A stretch of 64,000 nt of DNA from Spirochaetota bacterium. Lineage in GTDB: Bacteria; Spirochaetota; UBA4802; UBA5550. The translations under genes and the position numbers were made by a program. The notes beneath the pieces are model-generated. The model searched no databases. It was not told where the DNA came from and worked only from the letters and a program-made list of their open reading frames with translations. The stretch is from contig CAXXHB010000003.1 in NCBI GenBank assembly GCA_963664815.2, forward strand, positions 384,001 to 448,000. Direction: 5' to 3'. Of this stretch, positions 48,517-60,080 are shown in pieces. Position 1 is the stretch's first letter; each line of letters opens with the position of its first letter.

Positions 48517-50493
48517 ATGATGAAATCCGAAATTAACATATATAAAAAGATTACAGTACTGTTGATATTTCTGATGCTTTTTATCCAGCTTCCGATATAC
48601 ACGCAAAGCATAGTTGAAATGGACAGGCAGGCACAGGCTTATTTTGATAATAAAGAGTTTTCAAAAGCGGTAGCTTTATGGCTTAATATTCTCGATGTTG
48701 ATCCGAATAACATGGAAGTGCAGAAGAAAGTTGAGATTCTTTATGAAAGAAAACAGAAGAAGGATCTTGAGCTTGAAAAGTCCAAAATGAACTATAAGCT
48801 GGCGAAAAGGGAGATTGTAAAGAATTTTGTTCAGGGTGTCACATTTGATGCAGCGGAAAAGAATCTTTTTAACTCAAAGGAAAATGCCCGTATTGCTTTT
48901 GAAAGCTTTATCATTGCCTACAGAATTGATCCCAAAGATTCAGATATGCAGCTTATACGGGAGGATATGCAGAAACTCGAAAAGCTGCTGAATTCAGAAG
49001 AGAAGAGGCTCACTGTTTCAAAGGCACAGAGAGAAAGAGCCAGGGCTCTGGCAATACTTGCTGCTGCCGCGATGAATGAAGCCAGATATAAGGATGCCCT
49101 TGGCCATTGGGCCGAAATACTCTCTTTCATGCCTGAAAACCTGGAAGCTGTTGAGGGTAAGAGAATGGCTGAAATGGCCATCGATAATATTATACGATAT
49201 GAAACCATGAAAAAATATATGGCAAGCGGTAAAAATTATTTTGATCTTAATGAATATAAACTTGCCCATCAGGATTTTATGAATGTTCTGCAGCTTGATC
49301 CGGAAAATGGTGCTGCCAGGGATTATATCGAAAAAATTGAAGATGTTCTTAACAGTAAAAAGAAATATGAACAGAGGCTTCGTGAGGCTGAAAACTTTTA
49401 TTCCTCAGGTATAAAAAATATACGCGGAAATAAATTTGATGAAGCGAGAGATGAACTGGAAAATGCCATTTCATTAATCGCAAATTACAAAGATGCAAAG
49501 GAGAGACTGGCCAGTATACCCAGGCTTAAAGAGGAATTTGAAAAAAAAGAGAGAGAGCGCAGGCTCAGGCAGATTAATGAGGAATTTCAGAATGGATTAA
49601 TAGCGCTTGCAGATTCAAGATACCAGGATGCCATATCCGCCTTTGAAAAAACGCTGAAACTTGACCCGGGTAATATACTTGCACCCTCGTATATACAGAG
49701 GGCAAAAGACGCACAGAGACTTGTAGAGGAGGAAACTGTTGATGAGAATTCATCCTATTATGATCTTGTACATTCGCTCTCTGTATCCGGGAAACGCCTT
49801 TTTGAGTCCGGTAAGTTTGAAGAGTCCAGGAAAAGATGGAATCAGATTCTTGAACTTTTTCCTTCAAATAAAGTCGCTAATGAATATATTTTTAAGTGTG
49901 AGCTGAAGCTCAACCCGGCTGAAGGTGATGCTGTTGTAAAAAAAATTGTCGCCGAGGGGGAGGGTTTCCTGAGTAAAAAGGAATACAGGAATGCATATAG
50001 AAAATTTGAGCTTGTTAAATCGTTGTATCCCGATTACCCTGGAATTCAGAACCTGCTGAAAAAGGCCGAAAGGGAGCAGGCATATGTCGGTTCTGTTGCA
50101 TTGACGCAGGAAGATAAAAATGATCTTGATAGAAGATATAATCTTGGAATGGCATATTATCAGAAAGGCGGAGATGATAATATAAAGAAAGCGCTGATTG
50201 AACTCAGATGGGTAGCCGGTAAGGACCCAAATAATATCAAGGCGGTTGTTGCAGTAAATAAAATTGAATCGCAGTTAAGGGCTGGAGCTGCAACTGTAAA
50301 AAATGAAGGCACCAGGTTAACCGCTGATCAGGAAGCCCTTGTGAGAAAATATTATTATAACGGAATAAATTATTATTCAAATAATGACTTCAAAAGGGCG
50401 ATAGCGGAGTGGAGAAAAGTGGTTGCCATCGATCCGGGGCACACCAGAGCAAAAAATAACATCAGAAAGTGTCTGGCACTCATAGGCCAGTAA
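48517..50493 (+). CDS. Exported tetratricopeptide-repeat protein
   Basis: Signal peptide, TPR motifs (W..VL.LDP.N..A). Confidence 0.85.
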   Translation: MMKSEINIYKKITVLLIFLMLFIQLPIYTQSIVEMDRQAQAYFDNKEFSKAVALWLNILDVDPNNMEVQKKVEILYERKQKKDLELEKSKMNYKLAKREIVKNFVQGVTFDAAEKNLFNSKENARIAFESFIIAYRIDPKDSDMQLIREDMQKLEKLLNSEEKRLTVSKAQRERARALAILAAAAMNEARYKDALGHWAEILSFMPENLEAVEGKRMAEMAIDNIIRYETMKKYMASGKNYFDLNEYKLAHQDFMNVLQLDPENGAARDYIEKIEDVLNSKKKYEQRLREAENFYSSGIKNIRGNKFDEARDELENAISLIANYKDAKERLASIPRLKEEFEKKERERRLRQINEEFQNGLIALADSRYQDAISAFEKTLKLDPGNILAPSYIQRAKDAQRLVEEETVDENSSYYDLVHSLSVSGKRLFESGKFEESRKRWNQILELFPSNKVANEYIFKCELKLNPAEGDAVVKKIVAEGEGFLSKKEYRNAYRKFELVKSLYPDYPGIQNLLKKAEREQAYVGSVALTQEDKNDLDRRYNLGMAYYQKGGDDNIKKALIELRWVAGKDPNNIKAVVAVNKIESQLRAGAATVKNEGTRLTADQEALVRKYYYNGINYYSNNDFKRAIAEWRKVVAIDPGHTRAKNNIRKCLALIGQ

Positions 50494-50516
50494 GCATATG
50501 ACAAGGGAAATATAAA

Positions 50517-52076
50517 ATGAAAAATGATTCCGGGAAGAGTAAGAGTTCACAAAAAAAGATCAGGTTTGGCATAAGCCTTAAATTTTCTCTGGCGGTTATA
50601 ACCCTTGTTTCAGTTATTATTCTGACTATTGCTGTTTTTATTGTTTATCGGGAAAGCGATCTCCTGAAAGAGCAGGTTTTTACCTTTACCAAAAGGGAGA
50701 TCGTGCATCTTTCAAATACTGCCCAGCAGACAATCGGGTATGAGGAGCTTACGCTTTCGGATGCTGTTAATGAATTAAAGCGGATTCCTCACTACAGGTA
50801 TGTTTTTGTCCTGGGAAGCAATAATGAAGTACTTTATTATTTCGACAGAAGATTAACAGAAGGTGAAGTAAAGCATGAGGAGAGAAAACAGCTCAATGAC
50901 TCCATTGAGAGGAATCTTGAAAAAAGAAGTGATCCTGATCTCGTTGATGTTATTGATTACAACGATAAAATTTCAGGGGGGACAATTTATGATTTTACAA
51001 AAATTGTTTACAGCAGAGCTAACAGCAAGGTAAAGGCCGGAGTTGTTATTATCGGGATGTCAGATATTTTAATTCGTACTGAAATCGCGAAAATCAAAAA
51101 ACTTATCATGTTTATTTTCTTTGTTTACCTGGCAATTTCAATAGTCGGGGCAGTGATACTTTCCATGATTATTATCCGCCCTATCAAAAAAATTTCGCAT
51201 GGAGCGTCGGTTATAGGGCAGGGCGATTTTTCCTATAGAATTGAAGTTAACAGTTCGGATGAACTGGGGAGGCTTGCAGCTGAATTCAACCAGATGACCG
51301 AGATGATCCGTACTTCCAAAGAGAAAGAAATTGAAACCAGGATCATGAATGAACAGCTTGAAATAGCGCGTGATATACAGGAGGGTCTGAATCCCATGGG
51401 CTATTATAATAAGAACGGGATACAGATCAAAGGATCAACCAAAGCGGCTAAAGGAGTAGGGGGTGATTATTTCGATTATATTGACATTGATGAAAACAGG
51501 GTCTGCGCATTAATAAGCGATGTTTCCGGAAAGGGAGTCCCCGCATCTCTTGTAATGGTTATGATACGAACTGTATTTACATCCTATGTATCCAGAAAGG
51601 ACATTGATTGTGCCAGTGTAGTTACGGCAATAAATGACTCACTGAGCGCTGATTTTGCTATAGATAAATTTGCCACACTCTTTTTTATGATATACGACAG
51701 GGTTACAGGGGAGCTGTCTTTTTCAAATGCCGGGCATGGACCTCTTCTTTGCTACAGGGCTGCGCAGAATGCCTGTACCAGAACATCACTCGATGGAGTT
51801 CCCATAGGTATTATGGAGGAAGTGGATTATAAACAGGCTAAAGTAAAATTTAATCCTGGAGATATGATAATACTGTATACTGACGGTATTACCGAGATGA
51901 GGAATGCATCAAAAGAGGAGTATGGACTCCATCGGTTACATAAATTGATGCTGGAAAGTGCTCAGTTAAATGCGGCTGAATTTCTGGAACTTCTTATTAA
52001 TGATGTGGAAAATTTCAGAGGTGATACCCCTCCGCATGATGACACAACAGCCATGGTTTTTAAAAGGGAATATTAG
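50517..52076 (+). CDS. Membrane HAMP-domain SpoIIE/PP2C (RsbU-like) phosphatase
   Basis: 2 TM, HAMP (SSDELGRLA.EFNQM), VGGDYFD, DVSGKGVPA, NAGHGP, YTDGITE, HDDTT. Confidence 0.92.
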   Translation: MKNDSGKSKSSQKKIRFGISLKFSLAVITLVSVIILTIAVFIVYRESDLLKEQVFTFTKREIVHLSNTAQQTIGYEELTLSDAVNELKRIPHYRYVFVLGSNNEVLYYFDRRLTEGEVKHEERKQLNDSIERNLEKRSDPDLVDVIDYNDKISGGTIYDFTKIVYSRANSKVKAGVVIIGMSDILIRTEIAKIKKLIMFIFFVYLAISIVGAVILSMIIIRPIKKISHGASVIGQGDFSYRIEVNSSDELGRLAAEFNQMTEMIRTSKEKEIETRIMNEQLEIARDIQEGLNPMGYYNKNGIQIKGSTKAAKGVGGDYFDYIDIDENRVCALISDVSGKGVPASLVMVMIRTVFTSYVSRKDIDCASVVTAINDSLSADFAIDKFATLFFMIYDRVTGELSFSNAGHGPLLCYRAAQNACTRTSLDGVPIGIMEEVDYKQAKVKFNPGDMIILYTDGITEMRNASKEEYGLHRLHKLMLESAQLNAAEFLELLINDVENFRGDTPPHDDTTAMVFKREY

Positions 52077-52106
52077 GAGAGATAGTAAAAAAACATAATT
52101 TAAGAT

Positions 52107-52136
52107 AAAAAAACCGGTTTTTAAAACCGGTTTTTC
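52107..52136. terminator. Bidirectional terminator between convergent genes
   Basis: AAAAAACCGGTTTT-T-AAAACCGGTTTTTT. Confidence 0.65.
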
Positions 52137-52151
52137 TGTCTTAAATTAATG

Positions 52152-52475
52152 TTATAGAAGTTCATCTTCCGAGTCATAAATAGTAAAAAACTTATCAAGT
52201 GTAGCAAGCTTTAATATGTTCAATACATCATCATGAATATTCATAAGGGCAAATTTCCCGTTATGGGCTTTCATTTTTTTCATACCCGCAACAAGAGCAC
52301 CTATACCGGACGAATCCATATAGTTTACTTTTTTCATATCTACTATAACACTGGCGTGTTGACCATCAGTAATGCTGAAGAGCGCTTTTTTCAATTCGCT
52401 AACGTTATATAAATCGACTTCACCGCTTACATCGATTATCTTGTGTTCACCAATATCTCTAAAATCGATATTCAC
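52152..52475 (-). CDS. STAS-domain anti-sigma-factor antagonist (RsbV-like)
   Basis: SGEVDLYN, VNYMDSSGIGALV. Confidence 0.9.
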   Translation of the reverse strand: MNIDFRDIGEHKIIDVSGEVDLYNVSELKKALFSITDGQHASVIVDMKKVNYMDSSGIGALVAGMKKMKAHNGKFALMNIHDDVLNILKLATLDKFFTIYDSEDELL

Positions 52476-52717
52476 GAATTCCTCCGGATTTAATTATCAC
52501 CTATTTTTGGTATAACTGGGTTTTTTTGTAAAGTAATTATTTCGTTAATGTCTTCTGATTATTAAAATATTTTATCAATAACAACTCCTGAACTTTTTAT
52601 AATAAAATATTCTATTTTCTCCCTCTTCAAAGGAGGCTGTGAGAATTAATCGTTTATTTTGCACTAAAATACAGGTTAAAGAAATAACGTTGATATTTTA
52701 TATCAAATAAAAGTTTT

Positions 52718-54097
52718 TCATTTAGTGTCAATAAATAATTTATCAATAAATCCTGAAAGATCAAGGAAATTATTCACTTCTTTCATTTCTTTGCAGTAAT
52801 ATCCGTAAATTGAGGCTAAACTGTCATTCCAGTCCCATAAATGCTTTTTATCGGGATTGAGCCAGAAGAGATTTTTAGTCTTATCCCGTATTTTTTGAAA
52901 TGATTCTATACCTGCGTCGTTATTGTTATTTCTTGCGTCCCCAAGTATCAGTACAGATGTTTTTCTTGTCAGAGCATCACTATGATTTTCTATAAACTGG
53001 TCAAAGCATCTTCCGTAATTACTGCCCCAGCCATAAGTAAAATTAACGTCAGTGAACATTGAATTGATTGCTCTTTCCGGATCCATTTCTTTGAACAGAT
53101 CTGTTATTTCGACCATATTGCTGATAAAAGCAAAAGTTCTCACCTTGGAGAAAAGGCTCTGGAGACTGTATGTAAGAAGAAGCATAAAGTGTGAATACTG
53201 GTTTACTGATCTTGAAACATCAACCATTACTACAAGCTGCGGACGGTCAATTTTCCTTGTTTTGTAAAATAATTTAAAGGGAACACCCCCATACTGCATA
53301 TTTGTCCTGAAGGTTCTCTTTATATCAATTCCGCCATGTTTTACCCTTTTTTTTCTCAGAGAGATTCTGTTTTTAAGTTTCTGCCCAAACCTGTTGACGA
53401 TCTCTCTCATCTCCTTTATTTCCTGAGGTTTCAGCTGGTATATAAATTTATTCAGAAGGTAATCCTCTCTGTTTTTAAGAATTACTCCGATGTTTCTTTT
53501 TGATATTTTAAGGTTTATCAGGCTTTTAATCAGTGCCAGAAGCTCTTCAATATTTTTCTGATCAGATTCCCAGTTCTCGCTTCGGGAATAAAAAGATCCT
53601 GTGGCGCCTCCCCGTGAACGGAATATACCCATTCCGTCAGCCCCTCCGGAGGCATTCGATTCCGGGAGTTCATCCAGGAACATTTGCATTATCTCTTCAG
53701 ATGATTTTTCTATCAGTATTGCCGGGTCAAGGGTTTCAATAAATTTTTCAAGCTGGTTATTGATTTCATTCATGAAGTTGCCGGACATTTTTTCGGTAAA
53801 ATCCTGCAGGCTGTCACTGTCCATTCCGTCAAAAAACCGTTCGCGGCTGCTGAAGTATTCGTCGAAGCATTTGTCAAATACCGGGATGTCTGTAAATTCC
53901 TTTACAAGTGTTGTCTTGAGAGTCTGTCTGAAAATATCCTTTTCTGCAAGGTCTACCTCTGTAACGGCGTTAAACAGGGATATTACTTCATCAGCAGATA
54001 TTGTAATATTTGCATCGCGCAGAATTTCAATAAAGTCATAGAGCTTTGATGATATATAGCTCTGTTCATATTTCTTGTCTTTATCCATGGGGATCAT
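52718..54097 (-). CDS. VWA-domain CoxE-like protein
   Basis: IDIKRTFR.N.QYGGVP, DVSRSV, ILGDARNN, FWLNP; start placed just after the MoxR stop. Confidence 0.85.
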   Translation of the reverse strand: MIPMDKDKKYEQSYISSKLYDFIEILRDANITISADEVISLFNAVTEVDLAEKDIFRQTLKTTLVKEFTDIPVFDKCFDEYFSSRERFFDGMDSDSLQDFTEKMSGNFMNEINNQLEKFIETLDPAILIEKSSEEIMQMFLDELPESNASGGADGMGIFRSRGGATGSFYSRSENWESDQKNIEELLALIKSLINLKISKRNIGVILKNREDYLLNKFIYQLKPQEIKEMREIVNRFGQKLKNRISLRKKRVKHGGIDIKRTFRTNMQYGGVPFKLFYKTRKIDRPQLVVMVDVSRSVNQYSHFMLLLTYSLQSLFSKVRTFAFISNMVEITDLFKEMDPERAINSMFTDVNFTYGWGSNYGRCFDQFIENHSDALTRKTSVLILGDARNNNNDAGIESFQKIRDKTKNLFWLNPDKKHLWDWNDSLASIYGYYCKEMKEVNNFLDLSGFIDKLFIDTK

Positions 54098-54098
54098 G

Positions 54099-55007
54099 TC
54101 AGTTAAGAAAAACTTCTCTGGATTGGGATATGGCAAGCTGAATGTCCTTTTCATATTTAAGGATAAAATTCAGTGTTTCCATTGCTATAGCCGGGTCGAG
54201 ATCCTTGTAACCAAGGAGAACAAGCGCTTTGGCCCAGTCGAGGGTTTCGCTTATACTCGGTTCTTTTTTCAGCTGGAGCTTTCTTATTCTCTGGACTGTT
54301 TCGACAACCTGCCTTATCAGTCTGGGTCCGCTTTCCGGCACCTTAAGCGACACAATTTTTTCCTCAAGTTCAAGTGTAGGATAGTCAATATACAGGTGAA
54401 GGCATCTTCTTTTCAGCGCATCGGACATCTCTCTTGCACTGTTTGATGTGAGAAAAACGAAGGGTTTTATATCAGTTTTAAATGTTCCAAGCTCCGGGAT
54501 TGTCACCTGGAAATCGGAGAGTACCTCAAGGAGAAATGCCTCAAACTCGGAATCAGATTTGTCAATTTCATCAATTAGAAGTACCGACCTTCTGTTATTG
54601 GTTATAGATTTTAGTATTGGCCTGGGGATCAGAAAATTCTCGGAAAAAAATACATCTTCTGTTGATGTAAGCTTTGTGATAGCCCCCTGAAGCGTATCCT
54701 CCGACCCCATTATTTCAGAAAGCTTGTCTTTTAATATCTGTGTATAGAGAAGCTGTTTGGCATACTCCCATTCATAGAGGGCTTTCGATTCATCAAGACC
54801 TTCATAGCACTGCATTCTTATAAGATCGATATTCAGCGCGGAGGCAATGCACTTTGCCAGTTCGGTCTTTCCAACTCCGGCTGGACCTTCTACCAGAACC
54901 GGTTTTTCAAGCTTCAGGGCAAGATAAACTGTTGTGGCAATCTCTTTGGAAGCGATGTATTTTGCTTTTTCCAGCTCTATTATTGCCTGTTCCACACTTG
55001 TAAACAT
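54099..55007 (-). CDS. MoxR-family AAA+ ATPase (CoxD-like)
   Basis: EGPAGVGKTE, QCYEGLD, LLIDEIDK, LTSN..REMSDALKRRC. Confidence 0.92.
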   Translation of the reverse strand: MFTSVEQAIIELEKAKYIASKEIATTVYLALKLEKPVLVEGPAGVGKTELAKCIASALNIDLIRMQCYEGLDESKALYEWEYAKQLLYTQILKDKLSEIMGSEDTLQGAITKLTSTEDVFFSENFLIPRPILKSITNNRRSVLLIDEIDKSDSEFEAFLLEVLSDFQVTIPELGTFKTDIKPFVFLTSNSAREMSDALKRRCLHLYIDYPTLELEEKIVSLKVPESGPRLIRQVVETVQRIRKLQLKKEPSISETLDWAKALVLLGYKDLDPAIAMETLNFILKYEKDIQLAISQSREVFLN

Positions 55008-55130
55008 AACTGCACCATTTTTTTTTTATTTTCCCGGCAGTAATTTCTGAATAAGCTTAAGTCTTTACTACCGGTTTTTCAACAAGATATTCATTATCAT
55101 TTTTTTCAAGAAATAAATAGGTTTTTCGTT

Positions 55131-56081
55131 TTAACCTTTAAGGGAATCAAACAGAAAAAGATCTCTGAGCTTAACTTTTTCTGTTTCAGGGAGAATATGT
55201 TCAGCTTTTATATATGCTTTTTTAAATATGTCTATTAAAGGGAAAAGTTTGTTAAGCCCGATATTTTCAGTCTCTATCCTGTCATTATAGACTGCCTCAT
55301 CGATCTGTTTTGCAACAGATACAGACTGCATTTCAATAAGAGACTGAATATCTCCTGTTGGAGATAGCTCAATTCCCTGCAGGAATAATGATTTTTCGGC
55401 ATATAGCAGGAATGACAGAAAAGACTCAAGAATCAAAGCCCTTTCAAGTATTCCGTATTTCTTGATCATGCGCCGGGTAAATGCAGGATCTATGCGGGGT
55501 ACCTGGAAATTCTGAACCGCAGTATCCTTTAATACAAGTTTCGTATGGCTGACGCTCTTCATAATGGGTAGTTCAAGTTCCGGGAGTGAGTCTGCAGGTA
55601 ATTCTGCAGTATTTATTACAGCCATGCGGCTGATTTTTTCGTCTCCCGGCATACGGCATGTTACAAACATCATGCCTGAGTTTTTACCCGCTGTAATGAA
55701 TTTTTTCTCTCCATTAAGAAGATACCCTCCGGCGGTTTTCGAGAGAACAACCGGTTCTTTTGGACTCTCTGAATGAGCAAGGGCACATAGTGAATTTTGG
55801 TTTATTTTTCCCAGCATTAAAGACAGATCTTCATCATCTTCGGATTTCAGGATTATTTCATTCAGGATGGGCCTTGTCAGTGTAGCCTGTACTATCCATA
55901 AAACTGACAGCCCCAGATCGCCTGTTTCTCCGGCAATTATTACAGATGGCCTGCCGGTTCTGTAGAGTTTTATATCCGGGTTGAACTTTTCTGACAGTCT
56001 GAACCAGACTTTTTTCTGTTCATGTATATCAGATATTCTTTGAAGATGAGTCGATTTGATCAGTTCCAGAAGTTCTGTCAT
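55131..56081 (-). CDS. Acyl-CoA dehydrogenase-like protein (divergent)
   Basis: ALAHSE and LNGEKKFIT resemble the ACAD middle domain. Confidence 0.6.
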   Translation of the reverse strand: MTELLELIKSTHLQRISDIHEQKKVWFRLSEKFNPDIKLYRTGRPSVIIAGETGDLGLSVLWIVQATLTRPILNEIILKSEDDEDLSLMLGKINQNSLCALAHSESPKEPVVLSKTAGGYLLNGEKKFITAGKNSGMMFVTCRMPGDEKISRMAVINTAELPADSLPELELPIMKSVSHTKLVLKDTAVQNFQVPRIDPAFTRRMIKKYGILERALILESFLSFLLYAEKSLFLQGIELSPTGDIQSLIEMQSVSVAKQIDEAVYNDRIETENIGLNKLFPLIDIFKKAYIKAEHILPETEKVKLRDLFLFDSLKG

Positions 56082-56233
56082 GATGTTCCCTTTATTATCA
56101 GAGAGTATATTTTATGACATAAGTCAAGTGATGTATTTAATCTGTTAAAATAAAAATTATATTGTATTATATTAAGTATCTGCGTCTTTCACTAAATAAA
56201 TGAGGCATTCATATATTCTCACATAATCCGGAT

Positions 56234-57460
56234 TCAGTTCTTTGAAATTTTTCTGCTTTTTCTGTTTCTTAATAAAGATTCCACTTTAAGCGGCAACCCG
56301 TAAATGTTAAGAAAGCCGGTTGCATCCTTCTGATCGTAAAGCGTGCTGGCATCGAATGTTGCAATATCCGGTTCATAAAGGGTATCTTCAGATTTCCTTC
56401 CGACCAGTGTGCAGTTGCCTTTATATAGTTTAAGCCTTACTACTCCATTAACATATTCCTGAGTTTTGTTTATCAGCGCGTCCAGGGCCTCCCGCTTTCT
56501 CGAAAACCACAAACCGTTGTAGATAAGACGTGAGTACTCATTGGCAAGATCATCCTTGAAATGCTGGGTATCCCGGTCAAGTGTAATGGATTCAAGATCG
56601 CGATGCGCAGTCATGAGAACGGTTCCTGCCGGGGTTTCATATACTCCGCGGGATTTTATTCCCACAAGCCTGTTCTCCACTATATCCACCCGGCCGATAC
56701 CGTTTTCTCCGGCGATTTTATTAAGCTTTTTCATCAATTCAACGGGTGAAAGTTTTTTCCCGTCAATTGCAACAGGTTCACCTTTTCTGAATTCAATTTC
56801 TATATAGAGAGGTTTGTCGGGAGCTTTCTCAGGCGATTTTGTAAGGAGGAACATGCTTTCGTCAGGTTCCCTGTAGGGGTTTTCAAGGATACCCCCTTCA
56901 TAAGATATGTGGAGGATGTTCCTGTCCATGCTGTAAGGCTTGTCCTTGGTTACCGGAAGGGGGATGTTGTGTTTTTCAGCATAATCAAAAAGCTTCGATC
57001 TTGAGTCAAGTTCCCATTCCCTCCATGGCGCGATTATTTTAAGGTCCGGAGCAAGGGATTTAAATGCCATTTCGAATCTTACCTGATCATTGCCTTTGCC
57101 GGTTGCGCCATGGCAGACCGCATCAGCTTTCTCTTTTCTTGCGATTTCTATCTGGCGTTTCGCTATTACCGGTCGGGCAAGTGAAGTGCCGAGGAGGTAT
57201 CTGTCCTCGTAAATTGCATTGGCCTTAATTGCCTGGAATATATATTCTGTTACAAATTCTTCTGTAAGGTCTTCGATATAGCATTTACTTGCACCGGTTT
57301 TTTTTGCTTTTTCCTTAAGCCCTGTCAGTTCCTCTTCCTGGCCGATATTGGCAGCATAGGCTATTACCTCGCAGTTATATGTTTCTGTCAGCCATTTGAG
57401 GATAATTGAAGTATCAAGTCCCCCTGAATATGCAAGTACAACTTTTTTTATTTTATTCAT
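56234..57460 (-). CDS. argG: Argininosuccinate synthase
   Basis: [41 protein letters not shown]; ATG 57460 after AGGAG. Confidence 0.97.
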   Translation of the reverse strand: MNKIKKVVLAYSGGLDTSIILKWLTETYNCEVIAYAANIGQEEELTGLKEKAKKTGASKCYIEDLTEEFVTEYIFQAIKANAIYEDRYLLGTSLARPVIAKRQIEIARKEKADAVCHGATGKGNDQVRFEMAFKSLAPDLKIIAPWREWELDSRSKLFDYAEKHNIPLPVTKDKPYSMDRNILHISYEGGILENPYREPDESMFLLTKSPEKAPDKPLYIEIEFRKGEPVAIDGKKLSPVELMKKLNKIAGENGIGRVDIVENRLVGIKSRGVYETPAGTVLMTAHRDLESITLDRDTQHFKDDLANEYSRLIYNGLWFSRKREALDALINKTQEYVNGVVRLKLYKGNCTLVGRKSEDTLYEPDIATFDASTLYDQKDATGFLNIYGLPLKVESLLRNRKSRKISKN

Positions 57461-57573
57461 TTTTAGTCTTCTCCTGAATTGTATTCCTTTTATGTTTATG
57501 TATTTTTTTCTCACCATCCGCCCGTCGGGCACCTTCCCCCATAAGAGATGGGGGAGGCTTTTAACAAAAGTAA

Positions 57574-58527
57574 TTATTTTCCCATCAACGCACAGAGAAC
57601 CGCTTTCTGGCAGTGTAGTCTGTTCTCAGCCTGGTCAAATACAATAGAGTGCCTTCCGTCCATAACCTCATCTGTTATCTCTTCACCCCGGTGAGCCGGG
57701 AGACAGTGTAAAACTTTTGTGTCTTTGCCGGTTTTCTTTATCAGGTCCATATCAACCCTGAATTTTGAAAAAATCTTTTTCTTCTGGGCGGCCTCTTTTT
57801 CCTGGCCCATACTTACCCATACATCTGTATAAATATAATCGGCTCCTTCAACGGCCTTGGCTATGTCGTTCGTTATTACAATTTTTGAGTATGAGTTGGC
57901 TGCGAGTTTATATGCTTTTTCGATTACCTCCATTTCGGGCTCGAATTTTTTCGGGCACGCCACTGTTATATCTGTGCCGAGTATCGCAGCGCCGATCAGC
58001 AGTGAGTTTGCAACATTATTTCCGTCACCTATGTAGGTTAGTTTAACCTTGGAGATATCCTTCTCCCTCTCAAATATTGTGAAATAGTCCGCAAGGGCCT
58101 GGCATGGATGATAAGAGTCCGTGAGGCCATTAACAACAGGGATATCCGCATATTTAGCCAGTTCTACAACTTTCTGATGTGCAAATGTTCTTATCATAAT
58201 TCCGTCGTTGTATCTTGACAGTACTCTGGCGGTGTCGGCAATGGTTTCTCCGCGGCCCAGCTGAATTTCGCTGCTGCTGAGAAAGAGTGCATGCCCTCCA
58301 AGCTGAAGCATCCCGGTTTCAAAAGAAACTCTTGTCCTTGTCGAGTTTTTTTCAAAAATCATCGCGAGAGTTTTATTCTCCAGCACTCTGGAAAATTTTC
58401 CCTGTTTAACTTCTTTTTTCAGTGTTGCTGAACAAGCGAAGAGTCTGAATATATCATCTCTCGTAAGATCCGCCAGTGTGAGGAAATCTTCAGCGCTGAT
58501 TCGAGGTATTTTCATATGATTCACCAT
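57574..58527 (-). CDS. argF: Ornithine carbamoyltransferase
   Basis: [33 protein letters not shown]. Confidence 0.96.
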   Translation of the reverse strand: MVNHMKIPRISAEDFLTLADLTRDDIFRLFACSATLKKEVKQGKFSRVLENKTLAMIFEKNSTRTRVSFETGMLQLGGHALFLSSSEIQLGRGETIADTARVLSRYNDGIMIRTFAHQKVVELAKYADIPVVNGLTDSYHPCQALADYFTIFEREKDISKVKLTYIGDGNNVANSLLIGAAILGTDITVACPKKFEPEMEVIEKAYKLAANSYSKIVITNDIAKAVEGADYIYTDVWVSMGQEKEAAQKKKIFSKFRVDMDLIKKTGKDTKVLHCLPAHRGEEITDEVMDGRHSIVFDQAENRLHCQKAVLCALMGK

Positions 58528-59728
58528 TCTTTAATATTAATTTTTCCAGAATATCCATCCCCTCATCAACTGTTTTTATATCAATCGTAAGAGGGGGCAT
58601 TATTCTGATAACGTTACCTGCAGTGCAGTTAATTACAAGCTTTTCATTGAGGGCATCTTTCACAAGCTGTTTTCCCTCTTCGGCAATTTCCACCCCTATA
58701 TGTAAACCCAGGCCTCTCAGGCTCTTGATGTATCCGGTCTTCTGCTTGATCTTTTTAAGTCTTTCAAAGATCTGCATTGATGAAGTGTTGACAGATGACA
58801 GGAATTGCTTCTTTTTCACCTCGTTGAGTACGGCTGATGCAGCGGCACATGCGAGATGATTTCCACCGAAAGTTGTACCGTGGGATCCATAAGGGAAATG
58901 TTCGGCAAGAAAGTTTTTCGCATGAATTGCGCCTACGGGGATTCCCCCCCCCAGGCCTTTCGCAAGCGTAAGAATATCGGGTGTTACATTAAAATGCTGA
59001 TGTACATAGGTTTTTCCTGTTCTCCCGATTCCGGTCTGAACTTCATCTATTATTGTGAGGATCCCTCTCTGGTTGCAGGTCTCAAAAATCTCTTTTACAA
59101 AATCGGCATCGGCTACATTAATACCGCTCTCCCCCTGTATAAGCTCCAGCATTACTGCGGCAATATACCTGTCGTGTTTTAATATTTTCCTTATGGCCTT
59201 TTTATTGTTATACGGAGCGTATATGAAACCGGGTACAATAGGCCCGAAACCCTCATGAATTTTTGTCTGGGCAGTTGCCGACATTGCGCCGAAAGTCCTT
59301 CCGTGGAATGACCCGGAAAAGGTAACTATTTTGAACTTTTTTTTATGTATGCTGAGTCCGTAACGCCTCGCAAGCTTTATCGCCGCCTCGTTTGCCTCTG
59401 CACCGCTGTTTACAAAAAGTGTTTTCCCGGGAAATGACGTTTCCGATACAAGCCGGGCAGCATCAATCTGTTCCTGGTTTAAAAACAGGTTTGAGGAGTG
59501 AATGATTTTATCAACCTGGCTGTGAAGAGCTTTCTGCAGCGGCTGGTTTGAATAACCAAGTGAGGACACGGCAATACCTGATAAAAAGTCGACATATTTT
59601 TTATTGTCCTGGTCGTAGAGGTATGAACCGTCACCCTTGATGAACGATACCGGCAGCCTTTCCCCGTAATTCTGGAAAAGGTATTCCTTGTCATCGGAAA
59701 TGATTTTTGCAAGTTTTGATGAACCCAA
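58490..59728 (-). CDS. argD: Acetylornithine aminotransferase
   Basis: NSGAEANE, SFHGRT, IQGESG, DEVQTG.GRTG, LAKGLGGG, HGTTFGGN; probable TTG start 59728 after GGAG. Confidence 0.92.
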   Translation of the reverse strand: MGSSKLAKIISDDKEYLFQNYGERLPVSFIKGDGSYLYDQDNKKYVDFLSGIAVSSLGYSNQPLQKALHSQVDKIIHSSNLFLNQEQIDAARLVSETSFPGKTLFVNSGAEANEAAIKLARRYGLSIHKKKFKIVTFSGSFHGRTFGAMSATAQTKIHEGFGPIVPGFIYAPYNNKKAIRKILKHDRYIAAVMLELIQGESGINVADADFVKEIFETCNQRGILTIIDEVQTGIGRTGKTYVHQHFNVTPDILTLAKGLGGGIPVGAIHAKNFLAEHFPYGSHGTTFGGNHLACAAASAVLNEVKKKQFLSSVNTSSMQIFERLKKIKQKTGYIKSLRGLGLHIGVEIAEEGKQLVKDALNEKLVINCTAGNVIRIMPPLTIDIKTVDEGMDILEKLILKNGESYENTSNQR

Positions 59729-60080
59729 TGTTTTACTCCATTTTATAAAGTTATCGGGCGGCCGCAACCCGTATTTATGCTGAAAACGGATTTTTGATGC
59801 CGCAGGTTCCGGGATGAAAAAGATGAAACGCCCCTGACTCTGTTAAAGATAATAACCAAATCTATCTCAAGGCAACCCTGAACTGTCTTTTGATGGAAAA
59901 ACTTAAAACTCCTGCTCTCCTCCGGGTGCGGGAGTTTTCTTTATCAACATTATATTTATAAAGTATTGGTTAAATCAGGATTTAACTGTCAATTATAAAA
60001 AAACAGTTAATATTTTACACCAGGTTTTTTATCATATTAGAAATAATGGAAGATTGCTTTAATATTGCATGAAAACAGGG

